Of a stretch of 64,000 nucleotides of DNA, positions 29,780 to 41,995 are shown in pieces (within the stretch, counting starts at the first letter, position 1; each line of letters begins with the position of its first letter). The stretch is from positions 160,518,001 through 160,582,000 of the forward strand of contig OZ024741.1 in assembly GCA_964016885.1 (NCBI GenBank). The letters run 5' to 3'. Origin of the DNA: Eledone cirrhosa (taxonomy: Eukaryota). Below the pieces are notes generated by a model, which made no database searches, was not told the DNA's origin, and saw only the letters and a list, made by a program, of their open reading frames with translations. Both the position numbers and the translations under genes were made by a program.

Positions 29780-31262
29780 TTCGTTTCTGAATTTGTTTAG
29801 CAAGATTCTTATCTGAAAACGTGTGTTGAAACCGATATTGTTATGCTTTGGGAGGGTCATGTTGCCAATAAGAAACACACGCACCAGTTGCTTTCGCTTC
29901 AATTTATTATAAGTTAAATTTATAAATTTAGGAATTTATAAATTTACGGTTGGTTGGTTGGTTCCACAACCAGGCGATTATTCATATATTGTCAAAGTTC
30001 TTTCGTCACACATTCTGTGACCTCTTCAGTGACTGGGGATTCTTTTCTTTGTTTTTTGTGCCTCTCCTTTGTTCTGTCCTACGCCATCTTGTTTTGGTGT
30101 GTGTTGTGTGCTTAGTTTGCGCATGTGTTACATCCGGGTGTCTGTGTGTGTTTATATTTGTTTATTTATTTGTTTATTTACATGTTACTGGATGGTTGTT
30201 TGTTCTATGTGTGTGTGTGTGTTTTCATTTTGTCCTTAATTGTAAGTTGTGATGTTGCTGTTCCATTCATGTTTTCTATTTAATTTTGGTTGAAGTTCAT
30301 TTATGTTTATTGCCTCTGTGATTTGTCTAAACATTGCGTCTTTTCTGTGTGTAGATTCTATTTTTATTTCTATGTTCTCTAATTTACCCTTATGTTCTAT
30401 TTTAGCATGTTGGTGGAGTACAGATGATTCTTTACTATCTTGAAGCTCTCGCCAGTGTTCATTTATCCGTTTCCCTATACTACGAGCTGTCTCACCTATG
30501 TACACTATATTCTTATCTCTACATTGTCCTTCAGTACATCTTATGCTATATACTACATTTCTAGTTTTACAGTTAATATGGAGGCTTAGTTTACAGATTA
30601 TACATTTCTTATCTATACAGGGAGGCCTTTGAAAAGGGTATGTATTGCTAATAAGTGTTTTTATGGAGGTACCTGGTTTTTCTACTATCTTAATATTGAG
30701 TTTATGTTTATCTAGGGCCCTTCTAAATTTGTAAGCTAATTCACCTCTAGGGGTTGTATCGATGAACATTACACTCTGGTATTTATTTCTATCATACCAT
30801 GAGTTTATTCTATTAAACTTATTCCTAGTTCTTTCTATTATATTCCAAAATTTGCTCCTATACAAGGGGCAGGTCCCATTTGTGTCATTATTTACCATTT
30901 TTCCCATTTGGTTCTGGCTCCTCTATACACTCTGATTTTATCTCTATGATTGTAACCAGAGAACTGCATACGGTGGATGAAGTGTTGTATGTGTCTCTCT
31001 AGTTCCTTGGGGTTGCACATGCGGGACACGTTTCTCATCACCCGTACCAAATCCGCAATCAGTATATTGATTTTGGTATGGTCCGAAACAGCTGAGTTTC
31101 GGTGGATCAGATATTTGGAAGTCATGGGTTTGGCATAATGGGAATGGAGGATTTGTTTTTTGTTATTAATGGTATCTAACCAGAGCTCTGTGTCTAGTAC
31201 GGGTAATCGATGGTTGGGTGTTTGCTTGGGTAGTCTATAGTAACTCTAATACTCTGGTAACA
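29780..31262 (-). mobile_element. Penelope-like element (Nematis-like), 5'-truncated: RT thumb + GIY-YIG endonuclease + pseudo-LTR
   Basis: LPVLDTELWLD, HYAKPMTSKYLIHRNSA, PCIDKKCIICK..CKTRNVVYSIRC..C..VYIGETARS..RINEH..LHQH..EAINI..PKLN; one frameshift at ~30900; HHR downstream. Confidence 0.9.
29991..30033 (-). ncRNA. Minimal type I hammerhead ribozyme in PLE pseudo-LTR
   Basis: gtca-CTGAAGA-g-gtcaca-gaatg-tgtgac-GAAAgaaCTT-tgac: stem I gtca/tgac, 6-bp stem II, vestigial stem III; same strand as the PLE ORF. Confidence 0.8.
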
Positions 31263-31269
31263 TTCATGT

Positions 31270-34200
31270 AATCAAATATATTTCAGAGGTACTGTGCTGT
31301 TTCCTCAGTACGTCCTCATCAGATAAAATAAATTGATGTCTGACATACCTCAACTGTGCTGATGGTTCAATTCCAGTTTTGGCAGTGATTAGTTATTGAA
31401 AACTCAATATTTATATACCATAAGTAGTAACATGACAAACTACATATAATTGAGAGGGTGAGTGTAGAAAAAAATAAAATAAATAAATATATAGATAAGT
31501 AAAATACATAAACACATAAATACATAATATGTAAATATCCGTATTAGAGAAAAACAAATGAGAGAGAAAGAGCTAAATAGAGGAGAAAAGGAAAAGATAG
31601 AGAGATGAAAATAAAAACGAAGGGAGATATAGATGGTATAATATAATTACAATAGGAAAAGAAGAGTAGAGGTTTTTTTTTCAAATATTAAGTTAGGTAG
31701 AAACGATCAATTAAATACCGTGAAATTTTTACTCTATAATATTTGAAAGAAATTATACTATTATATTATATCAAAATTAAAACAATATAGAGTGATTTAA
31801 GATAATATAACATATTTTCAATGATAATCTGGAGCATATTTAAATTAGCAAATACATTCAATAATTTGGTTATAAAATTCAAAATTCAAAATATTATTAA
31901 CTAACAATGGTGCTTACAAATATAGTAAATATAAAATTATTAAACATAACTTATTTAGATATTAGCATCTGTATAAGCATTTTATATAAACAATACTATT
32001 TAAATCTATATTTGTCAATTACATATAGGATTAATTATTAGTTATATTTACACTTGAGAGTATTATTATTTCGATTTAACCAAATTTTACTGTATTCCAT
32101 ACTATAAATCAAGTTAAATACAGATTATTAATCAATTGAGATAAAACCAAACTTATACACGATAAATGTAAACAATATCTTCGTACGACGTATCCAAACG
32201 TTTAAATTAATTAAACTGTTTGAAAGTCTGAAGATATTACAGATCTCAAATTTATAAAATAGAGGATTCTAAATCGAAACTAAAGGTATTTAAACAATCA
32301 AGAGATTATCATATTCTTTTAAAGAACAGGTATGCATTTCCTAAGGTGAGGTAGAAACATTATACACAATATCAATAATAGCAATAATAGCAATAATAGA
32401 AGCATTACAAGAATTATTAATAAGAGTCAATATATTTTCTCACTCAGTCAACGTTTTTTCCTAATTTTATATGATGCTTGAAATGTTGTTGCAGATTTAT
32501 GGAGGCAATTTGAGAATAACTCACTTTTTTTTTAAATTAAATTACCATAATTAGCAATTATTAATAGAGTCTCGGTATTGCAAAGATTGCAGTTAGGTGA
32601 GATGGAATTATTCCGATAAACTTCACAGTTTCGAAGTTTAGTCCAAAAGATTGAGTATTTTATATTTTTCTCTATTAAAGACCATAATAATTGTGATAAA
32701 GAAGTAGAAATTTCTAATCCGGATTAGAAAAAGAATGTTTATGATTGGAAAATCTCAGTTTAAAGGTCGATGAAGTTGCACCTATGTAGTTATAGGTAAT
32801 ATTATTATTTGTTTTAATGGTACATTTATATACTAAATTCTTATCAAGGCAGTTATTTTGCAAAGGGCATTCAGATTTTCTTCTACAGTTACAGTTCGAT
32901 TTCATGCTATTTCTATAATCTAAACTGTTCGCATTATCATTGTTAATATTTGTAGGTGTTCTACTGTAAGTGCTTAAATTAATGTTATTGTTATTCTCTA
33001 TAACTATAGTATTTTTATTATTAATATTGTCATTATCGCTAATTATCTGTTGGTTATAACTAAGAATTCTGCTATTTATTTTTGCAATATTTTGAGCCAT
33101 ATTCATAGTTGTTGAGTAAGATAGTTTAACTGTGTGTCTATTGAAGATAGAGTACTATTTATGTGTTCTAGGGAAACATTTATCTAATTCTTTAAAAAAT
33201 AATTGTGCTAAGGGTGTTTTAATAGCTAAAGATGCTGGTGGGGTATACCAAATAATAGATCTAGTTCTAATTTTTTTCCCCGATTTATTCACGAAATTGG
33301 TATTTTTATTTATATTTGTATTATTTTTATTTTTATTTTTACAGTCTGCTTTATTTATATTATTCCTATTATTATGAATATTTTGCTTATAATTATAATT
33401 ATTATTTTCTACATATTCAATATTATTTTTATATCCTGCCTTATACAACGCTTCTTTATAATATCCAGCTTTACTTTTACTATTAAAAATGGATTTGTTA
33501 GCAGATAATCTAGTTAAACGTTGTTGAACACTATTGACTATTGCATTTTTAACACACTTAGGATGATTGGAATAAAGACTAACATAATTTAGGTTTTCAT
33601 TTGGTTTATGGAAGGGGTAATATAGGCCTGGGTTTAAATTGAGGGTTACATCTAGGAAGTAACTACTTTACTGTTACTTTCTACTTCTAATTTCAGGTCG
33701 TAATTTTTAAAGAATTCTATAATTGTTTTCTTTACTCTATTTAATTCACTATTGCTATGTTTAACTACAGTAAATAATATATCATCTCTATATAAACCAC
33801 CGGTAATCTTCGGCAGTTTTCTATTTATCATATTAAGGATAAAAATTCACAGAAGATCGGTAACCTACGCAGAATCGGACGATCCCATGGTAATGTCGAA
33901 ATTCTTCTGTCTATCCGAACGAGTCCAAAAATCATTATTAAAATTAATCAAGGTTCGTCTAGCCGTTAAAATAATATTAGTCTCCTCACTAGATAGCTCA
34001 GTGTGTTTATATGCGTATGATAAAGCCTTATTCAAAAGGTTAGGAGTTATAGATGAGTAGTAACTCGATATGTCCATTTGAATAAATTTATGATTTTTCT
34101 TATTTTCAATGTTCTTAAACCAATCTATGACTTCCCTAGTGTCCTTCCATAAGTTAAGCTTTGACTTCAATTTTAATGTTGGCAAAATTCTATCTATTAT

Positions 34201-34460
34201 GTTTTTACTAATTATTCCAATGTCCGACTTAGAAGGTGCGATAAGTCTAACCGGCAAGTCCTCTTCGAAATTTCCTTTGTGGTCTTTAAAATTTATCCGC
34301 GGTTGCCTTGGTATGAAAGGTTCGGTCTTCCTTTCAATTCCGAGTTTAACGATTATTTCAAACGCATCATTATTGATATCTACTAGATCTTCAGCCGGGG
34401 CTTTTCTGAAATTCTTTCTCAATTCTTTTAAAATTAAGGCCTTATAACTTGTTTAACTTT
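31270..34460 (-). mobile_element. Penelope-like element (Hydra-clade-like), degenerate RT + GIY-YIG with ~1.1-kb 3' UTR
   Basis: FIQMDISSYYSSI, ITMGSSD, GGLYRDDIL, FLDVTLNL, IIWYTPP; linker CNCRRKSEC (CxCx5C); NLVYKC..YIGATSSTFKLRFSNHKHSF; CNLCNTE..ELFSNCLHK; several stops and frameshifts. Confidence 0.88.
31272..31332 (-). ncRNA. Hammerhead motif at 3' end of Hydra-like PLE (3' stem I arm missing)
   Basis: ttttatCTGATGAggacgtactg-aggaaacagca-cagtacctct-GAAAtatat. Confidence 0.65.
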
Positions 34461-34463
34461 TGG

Positions 34464-34532
<69 letters not shown>

Positions 34533-34539
<7 letters not shown>

Positions 34540-35465
34540 CAAAATATTAATAAATGAAAAATATTCTCAAAATCAAAATATATATTTTATTATACATATT
34601 TCAAAGGTACAATGGTGTTTAAGTACGTTTTCATCAGATAAAATATAAGATTTGATATGCGACATACCGCTACGGTTTTGATTATTCAATTCCAATAGTG
34701 GCAGTGATTTATTTCACCAACCCTCAACGTTTTTATTCCACAAATAATATGATAAACCTAGAGAAGAAGAGGACGTAGAGCAAGGTAGAAATATAGAAGG
34801 AAAGTTGAGATGGAAGATGCAAAGAAAAAGAAAGAGGCAAGAAATAAACAAATAAATAAATAAATAAATGAATGAATAAAAGAAGAAAAAAGATGTAAGA
34901 GAAAAAAGGGGAATAAAAACAAAAGAAAGGGAAGATGTGAGGAGAAAAAAGGAAAAAAGAAGGGGAATAAAGAAAAACGAAGAGGAAAAGGAAAGGATAA
35001 AATAGAGGGGAGAATTAAAAAACATTCTATTCAAATGCTAGACAAAATTAGAAATTAAAAGTTTTTTCTTGTCTTTTTCTTTGTATCTTCCATCTCAACT
35101 CCCCTTGTATATTTCTACCTTGCTCTACGTCCTCTTCTTCTCTAAGTTTATCATATTATTTGTGGCATAAAAACGTTGAGAGTTGGTGAAATAAATCACT
35201 GCCACTATTGGAATTGAATAATCAAAACGGTAGCGGTATGTCGCGTATCAAATCTTATATTTTGTCTGATGAAAACGTACTTAAACGCCATTGTACCTTT
35301 GAAATATGTATAATAAAATATATATTTTGATTATGAGAATATTTTTCATATATTAATATTTTGAATAATATTAAATACTCCAGGAAAATTTACTGCCGAG
35401 TGCTTCTAATCTATTGTAAAATTTTATTCGTTGAATAATCAACGAACCATATTAATCTTTGGTTA
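34533..35465. mobile_element. Inverted pair of PLE pseudo-LTRs (arms 34533-34831 / 35072-35370), each with an HHR
   Basis: ~299-bp near-identical inverted arms; the plus copy continues to 35465 with a tail related to the 37297 and 39985 ends; (TA)n on both flanks. Confidence 0.85.
35256..35322 (+). ncRNA. Type I hammerhead ribozyme (mirror copy on minus strand at ~34581-34647)
   Basis: tatattttgt-CTGATGA-aaacgtac..gtaccttt-GAAA-tatgta-TA-ataaaatata; 10-bp stem I. Confidence 0.7.
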
Positions 35466-35494
35466 TATATATATACATATATATATATACATAT

Positions 35495-35616
<122 letters not shown>

Positions 35617-37258
35617 GAAAAGTATAGAAATTATTGTAGCAGGAAGCCAACAGTATTCCATAATATATAAGTGACTATAGCGTCAAAATGGGAAAATAGT
35701 TAACGTAAGATGTGGGAAAAATAATTCAAACTCAATTCAAAAAGAATCAGGATATAGATTCATCCAACAGAATTTAGTGAAATCCAGGGAAAAATTAATA
35801 GAGCCTTAACTCATGATAAAATAAAGTTTAAAATACTCATCCTTCAATTGGAAAAACTTCAAATGCTCTGTATAGTCTTGAAAAGACTATTTCACGAAAC
35901 TTTCAGTGGGGATGGTCACGGTTGGTCACGGTTGGATATATATATATATATACATATACACACACACACACATTGGAACACAGCGAGAAGATCGGATGTC
36001 TTCATTCATGGCTGGTGTAGAACATGTGAGAACCATTTAGAAGAAGGGTAAGAAGTTCCATGATATGAAAATAAGAAAAAGAAATCAGGTTAAAGAAGTG
36101 AAGAAGATGTCTGAGAAAGTAGCTCTTAAAAGTTTTCCATTCAGCTCAGCTATTAGTGATGATGATCATGAAATCTTCAAGTCAGCACCGCCCGAATATA
36201 ACTGCGAATAAAGCCGAATCTCGACGCCACTCTTGTTGCCACTCAGGAATGAGAGAAACTATCACTACAACCAAGTACTTCTTACATCGCAATTGCGAAG
36301 AATTTTGGTCATGATGTGTCTGAACTTGCTTTCCCCCTCAACCATTTATCAAGTAAGAACCAGTTAACACGAAAAGACGGCTCAGGAAATCGAGTTATCC
36401 GCTTTCCCACCTGAAAACAGATCCTGGCTAGTTTTCCACTGGGATGGAGAATTATTACCATCGGCTTCCCGATCCGGCACATTATAATTAAAATTCATTA
36501 TGTGTACTTAATTTGTTTTGTTTATTAATGCATGTTTAGATGCATGTTTATTAATGCATGTTTAGAATTTATCTAAAATATAATGAACTGATGCGGTTGT
36601 ATTTATCTTAGATAAACCCGAGCAAGGCCAGGTAGAGCTACTCGTCATTCATAATATAAGATGTATTTCAAAGCCATCATAATAATATTCTCTATATATG
36701 GTTGTTCTAGAAATCTTACTAAACTACGTTACTATCCAGCCGTCGGGTATCCATGACAATGATTGTAAAAATATTCGGACATCAACTGCGAAAGAGGAGA
36801 TTAGCATTGCTGTTTCATTTATTACTAGAGGTTTCTATCATTCGTTGCTTTTCCCCTAAATTTATAACTTCGTATGAGAATCGTCAATAACAAAATTGTC
36901 TGCTTGACGATGGCGGTAAGTTTTCTTATATTGGTGAATACCTCATTGGCATATATAGGGAATCTAGGTGGAATCTCATTGGAATATAGAAGGAATCTTA
37001 TTGGAATGTATAAGGAGAGCCTAAGTGCTAAAAATGCTCAAAGAAATAGAATAGATATGGCGGGTTTAACTAATTTACTGGTGAAAATTCAAGAATCGGA
37101 ATTCTTCACGCGCTAATAATATATGTTGCACACATTTAGGTGATGAAGCAATTCTCGAGGTTTCCTAATTTGCCAAACATTAAATACGTTATATATTTAC
37201 CTATAAAGATCCCTAGTCAGTTACCTGAGTTGCTTGCTTTTTTCATATAAATATACAT

Positions 37259-37296
<38 letters not shown>

Positions 37297-38492
37297 GGAA
37301 AGTTATATTTAAATTGTTGGGTTAACAACGAGTAAATATTTATAACTGATATAAAAGCACTCAACAAGTATTTGGAGTATATTTATGATATTAAATAAAT
37401 GGAAACTATATTTATAAAACCATATTTATTTCGTTATATATATTTCAGGGATATCATATTAACAATATGTTATGCCATCTTCAGACAAAATACAATATAA
37501 ACAGTCTTATAAATAAATAAATAGATACGACATACCTTTCAATCACCTTGCATTTGTGGGGTTGATTTGGCAGTAAAAAATATTGTTGACAGTTGTAAAA
37601 AGAAAGAGATAAAGAGAGAAAGAAAGAGAAACGAAGAAAAAGAAGAAATGTATGTGACTAAATAGAGGGGTATAGAAAGATAGATAAAGAGAAGAACTTC
37701 ATGTAAAGAAACAGAGAGAAATATATATAGAGAGAGGAAAAAAGAAAGAGATAGATAGAGAAATTAGGAAGTTGAGTATCGGTTGATACATTTATTTATT
37801 TATTTATTTATTTAGCTCTAGTATTAATGTAAAGAGAGATGTATGTAGTTAAGAGAGAAAATAGCCGTTATATAGAGAGAAAAAAAGAGAAAATGAAAAA
37901 GAGAAAATGAAACATAACCAGACATAAACGATGCAGAATTTAAAACCGCTATGTTTTATCCGTAGATAATATTAGTTCGTATAAAACAGGCATTATAATG
38001 TAAGTACCAGGCATTATAATGTAACTACATACATCTCTCTTTACATTAATACTAGAGCTAAATAAATAAATAAATAAATAAATAAATGTATCAACCGATA
38101 CTCAACTTCCTAATTTCTCTATCTATCTCTTTCTTTTTTCCTCTCTCTATATATATTTCTCTCTGTTTCTTTACATGAAGTTCTTCTCTTTATCTATCTT
38201 TCTATACCCCTCTATTTAGTCACATACATTTCTTCTTTTTCTTCGTTTCTCTTTCTTTCTCTCTTTATCTCTTTCTTTTTACAACTGTCAACAATATTTT
38301 TTACTGCCAAATCAACCTCACAAATGCAAGGTGAATGAAAGGTATGTCGTATCTATTTATTTATTTATAAGACTGTTTATATTGTATTTTGTCTGAAGAT
38401 GGCATAACATATTGTTAATATGATATCCCTGAAATATATATAACGAAATAAATATGGTTTTATAAATATAGTTTCCATTTATTTAATATCAT
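37297..38492. mobile_element. Fold-back PLE pseudo-LTR unit, ~467-bp inverted arms (37385-37851 / 38022-38492)
   Basis: Arms differ only by a few substitutions and a (TTTA)n length; 170-bp spacer; (TA)n flanks. Confidence 0.9.
38385..38450 (+). ncRNA. Type I hammerhead ribozyme (mirror copy on minus strand at ~37427-37492)
   Basis: tattttgt-CTGAAGA-tggcataacatatt-gtt-aatatgatatccct-GAAA-tatata-TA-acgaaata; 8-bp stem I, palindromic stem III. Confidence 0.7.
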
Positions 38493-38546
38493 ATATATAT
38501 ATATATATATATATATTTGAATATATATGTATATATGAGTGCATGG

Positions 38547-39040
<494 letters not shown>

Positions 39041-39042
39041 GT

Positions 39043-39310
39043 GGGGGCACGTGGCCTAGTGGTAAGGGTGTTGGACTTACAATAATAATGTCGTGGGTTC
39101 GATTCCTGGGTTGTCTGTTGTGTTCTTGAGCAAAACACTTCATTTCACGTTGCTCCAGTATACTCAGCTGAAAATGAGTACCAGCAATAGCTGGAGGTTT
39201 AACCCTGCGATGGACTGGCGTCCTGTCCAGGGGGGAGTCTTGTACTCTCAGTCGCTTCACGCCATGAAACCGGGATAAGCACCGGCCAAATGAGCCTTCT
39301 GGCTTAAGAT

Positions 39311-39315
<5 letters not shown>
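39043..39315 (+). mobile_element. Full-length tRNA-derived SINE family B
   Basis: A box gtggcctagtggta, B box ggttcgattcc, CORE-like tgtgttcttgagcaaaacacttcatttcac, 3' aaccctgcgatggactggcgtcctgtccagggg. Confidence 0.85.
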
Positions 39316-39358
<43 letters not shown>

Positions 39359-39663
39359 TATGGTGGTGTATGTATATATATTTGAATATATATGTATATA
39401 TGAGTGCATGGATGTATATATATACACATACAGTATATATATAGTATATATGTATATATATATATCCACACACCCACAGACACATACATCAAACACACAT
39501 GCATACACACGCACACACAAACACACACGCACACACACCCACATGTATATATAGTAGCAGTACCCGGCCGTACTCGGGTTTATAGATACATTTACTTTTA
39601 TGTATTTTAATTATATAAACCGCGTGTCTGTAAATATGTATGTCTATATATACATGTGTGTGT

Positions 39664-39712
<49 letters not shown>

Positions 39713-39750
39713 TGATAATAATGATGGCTGCGCGTTGCAAATGGTGGTGC

Positions 39751-39975
39751 ATATGAAAAAGTAAGTCCTTCATCAGTGACCCTCCAACCGTCCCAGGCAT
39801 TTCATCGCTTTAAGGGCCATATGCCTCAGGTTGGTGCGAACAACGGCTTACGTGTCCCAACGACTTTTTTTAGCCGTTGTTCGCACCAACCTGAGGCATA
39901 TGGCCCTTAAAGCGATGAAATGCCTGGGACGGGGACGGTTGGAGGGTCACTGATGAAGGACTTACTTTTTCATAT
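39751..39975. repeat. ~100-bp arm palindrome (39751-39848 / 39872-39975)
   Basis: Near-perfect reverse complement; the right arm carries a 6-bp ggggac/gggacg duplication. Confidence 0.9.
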
Positions 39976-39984
39976 ATATATATG

Positions 39985-40745
39985 CAGAGGTTATATTTAA
40001 TTTGTTGGGATTCAACAAGCTTAAACATTTTATAACTGATATAAAGCACTCAACAGATTAGTGGAGTAAATATTCAATATATTAATAAATGGAAACTATA
40101 TTTATAAAACCATAATTATTTTATTATATATATTTCAAGGGCAACCAAGGCAAATTATGGTGCGCTTTCATCAAATAAAATACAGATTTGTTTTATAAAT
40201 AAATATTGACATACCCGGAAAAAAGACAACCTTAACGGTTGAAGTTCGCTGGATAGTGGGGATAATATTTTATTGAGGGTGATACAAAGTTATGAGTGAG
40301 TATGCAAATGAGTGTCAGAAAAATTGCAAAAACAACGGTTTATTTAAATTAAACTGTTGGAAATATTGAGAGGGAGAGAGAAAAAATATTGAAAGGGAGG
40401 GAGAAGAAAAGAGAAAGAGAAAGAGAGAAGAAGAAGGAAAGACGAGATTATGTATAGTGATAGTGAAGAGAAGCGAAGCGAACGAAGAAATAAGTTTTAC
40501 ATGGATGAATACTCAGAACGTAAATATAACGTCCATTATGCTATGTTTATAGTATTTATAATGGTAAGATAAAAAATTAAATTAAATTAAGGATAAAAAA
40601 ATTTGTTAAGATTTAAAAATATTGTTAGAATTTAATTACAAATTTAATTAAATTAATTAAAATTTGCCTTGGTTGCTCTTGAAATATATATAATAAAATA
40701 ATTATGGTTTTATAAATATAGTTTCCATTTATTAATATATTGACT
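39985..40745 (-). mobile_element. PLE pseudo-LTR unit of the 37297 family with ~80-bp inverted arms (40076-40156 / 40661-40741) and a mutated HHR
   Basis: Shares taaatggaaactatatttataaaaccata with 37396; minus-strand core reads TTGATGA..aagcgcacca/tggttgccctt..GAAAtatatata. Confidence 0.75.
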
Positions 40746-40845
<100 letters not shown>

Positions 40846-41109
40846 CAAAAATGAGTACTCAATGCTATAATAGATATTATTAATGATTTACTAAAGCCAA
40901 GCCAGAGTCCTGTTACTCTGGAGGTTCGGCAGTGTGACGGTGGTTGGTTGGAGTCGGTAGGGGAGTGTTAGGGCTGGTGATAGTTGTGATGGTGCTGCTG
41001 GTGGTGTTGAGGGATGGTATGGATGACTCACAGGAGTCTTTTCTAATGACTGAATACACGAGCAAAGCTCTTGAGGAACAGGATTCTTGTTGCTACACAT
41101 TTTATCTCC

Positions 41110-41300
41110 AGCCTGTATTGGTTGGCCACGGGTGCCAGAGGGAGTTCATTGCTGCTGCCCTTAGGTTTCCCTTGTGCCTTGCTGTGGGCTCATCCGGGAT
41201 CCTGGATAGCAAGGTGTCGAGATGTTTCTTGAAAACATCCACGTCCACACCATGCAGATCTCTCAGATCCCTCGGCAGCTTGTTGAAGAGTTTAAATTTG
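41110..41300 (-). mobile_element. CR1/L2-group LINE 3' fragment
   Basis: KLFNKLPRDLRDLHGVDVDVFKKHLDTLLSRIPDEP..RAAAMNSL. Confidence 0.7.
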
Positions 41301-41491
41301 GTGGCTTACCACTGGGTAGAATTGGTCATTCTGCAATGTTAACCATGAGGTAATATAAGGAAAGCACTCGATGTTATGCAACTCACCCATCTTCAATGTT
41401 GAATCATGTTGGTGGTGCGGGAACGGAGTAAATGTATTACAAAGTGAAATGACAGGAGGCCAAATATGTTGAATTTCCAGTCATTTCACTT

Positions 41492-41531
<40 letters not shown>

Positions 41532-41762
41532 AAGGACTAGCGTCTGAAACGTTAAGACCCTCTTCCTGCTTTATCAAGCGTTAACCTAGTATGTCCCTTC
41601 CATATACTGTGCCGATTGTGTTGTTATTTATGTTTACCTCATACATATATATATATGAGTGTATATATAGTGTATTTTGCAATACATTGTATGCTTAATT
41701 AAAAGCATTTTGAAGACCTTACGCTATTGTTTTAAAGTAGTGACTATGTCACTTACTTCTTA

Positions 41763-41852
41763 TTTCAACAAACAAAGGGAGATAAGCTGACAGATCTCTG
41801 TTTCATACTGTCGGTATTCCTCAGAGCTTAGCACTCCCTTTGTTTGTTGAAA
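41763..41852 (-). ncRNA. Canonical type I hammerhead ribozyme (GUC site)
   Basis: tttcaacaaacaaagggag-tgc-taagct-CTGAGGA-atac-cgaca-gtat-GAAA-cag-agat-ctg-TC^agctta-t-ctccctttgtttgttgaaa; all core nucleotides and three stems intact; predicted cut between 41789 and 41788. Confidence 0.92.
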
Positions 41853-41956
41853 ATTATGAATGTTGGATTCTTATAAAATTCCAGTAATAAGCTCTGAGGA
41901 ATAGTTTGCAATTTTCAACAGTTGAAAATTGCAAACTTGACTGTCACCACTGAATA

Positions 41957-41995
41957 TGAACTTGAAGATTGCGAAAGCATGAAAGTACTTATTCA
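41957..41995 (+). ncRNA. Degenerate minimal hammerhead-like motif
   Basis: tgaa-CTTGAAGA-ttgc-gaaa-gcat-GAAA-gtac-TTA-ttca; one extra U in the core box. Confidence 0.45.

Noticed and set aside
32225-32300. CTGAAGA...CGAAAC...GTA on the plus strand
   Set aside because: Stem I does not pair next to the core, stem II is poor, and it is antisense to the host PLE.
33840-33870. In-frame stops, including TGA, in the Hydra-like PLE as possible selenocysteine recoding (Naiad-like)
   Set aside because: The stops are mixed TAG/TGA at non-Cys positions alongside frameshifts, and the endonuclease is C-terminal rather than N-terminal; ordinary decay.
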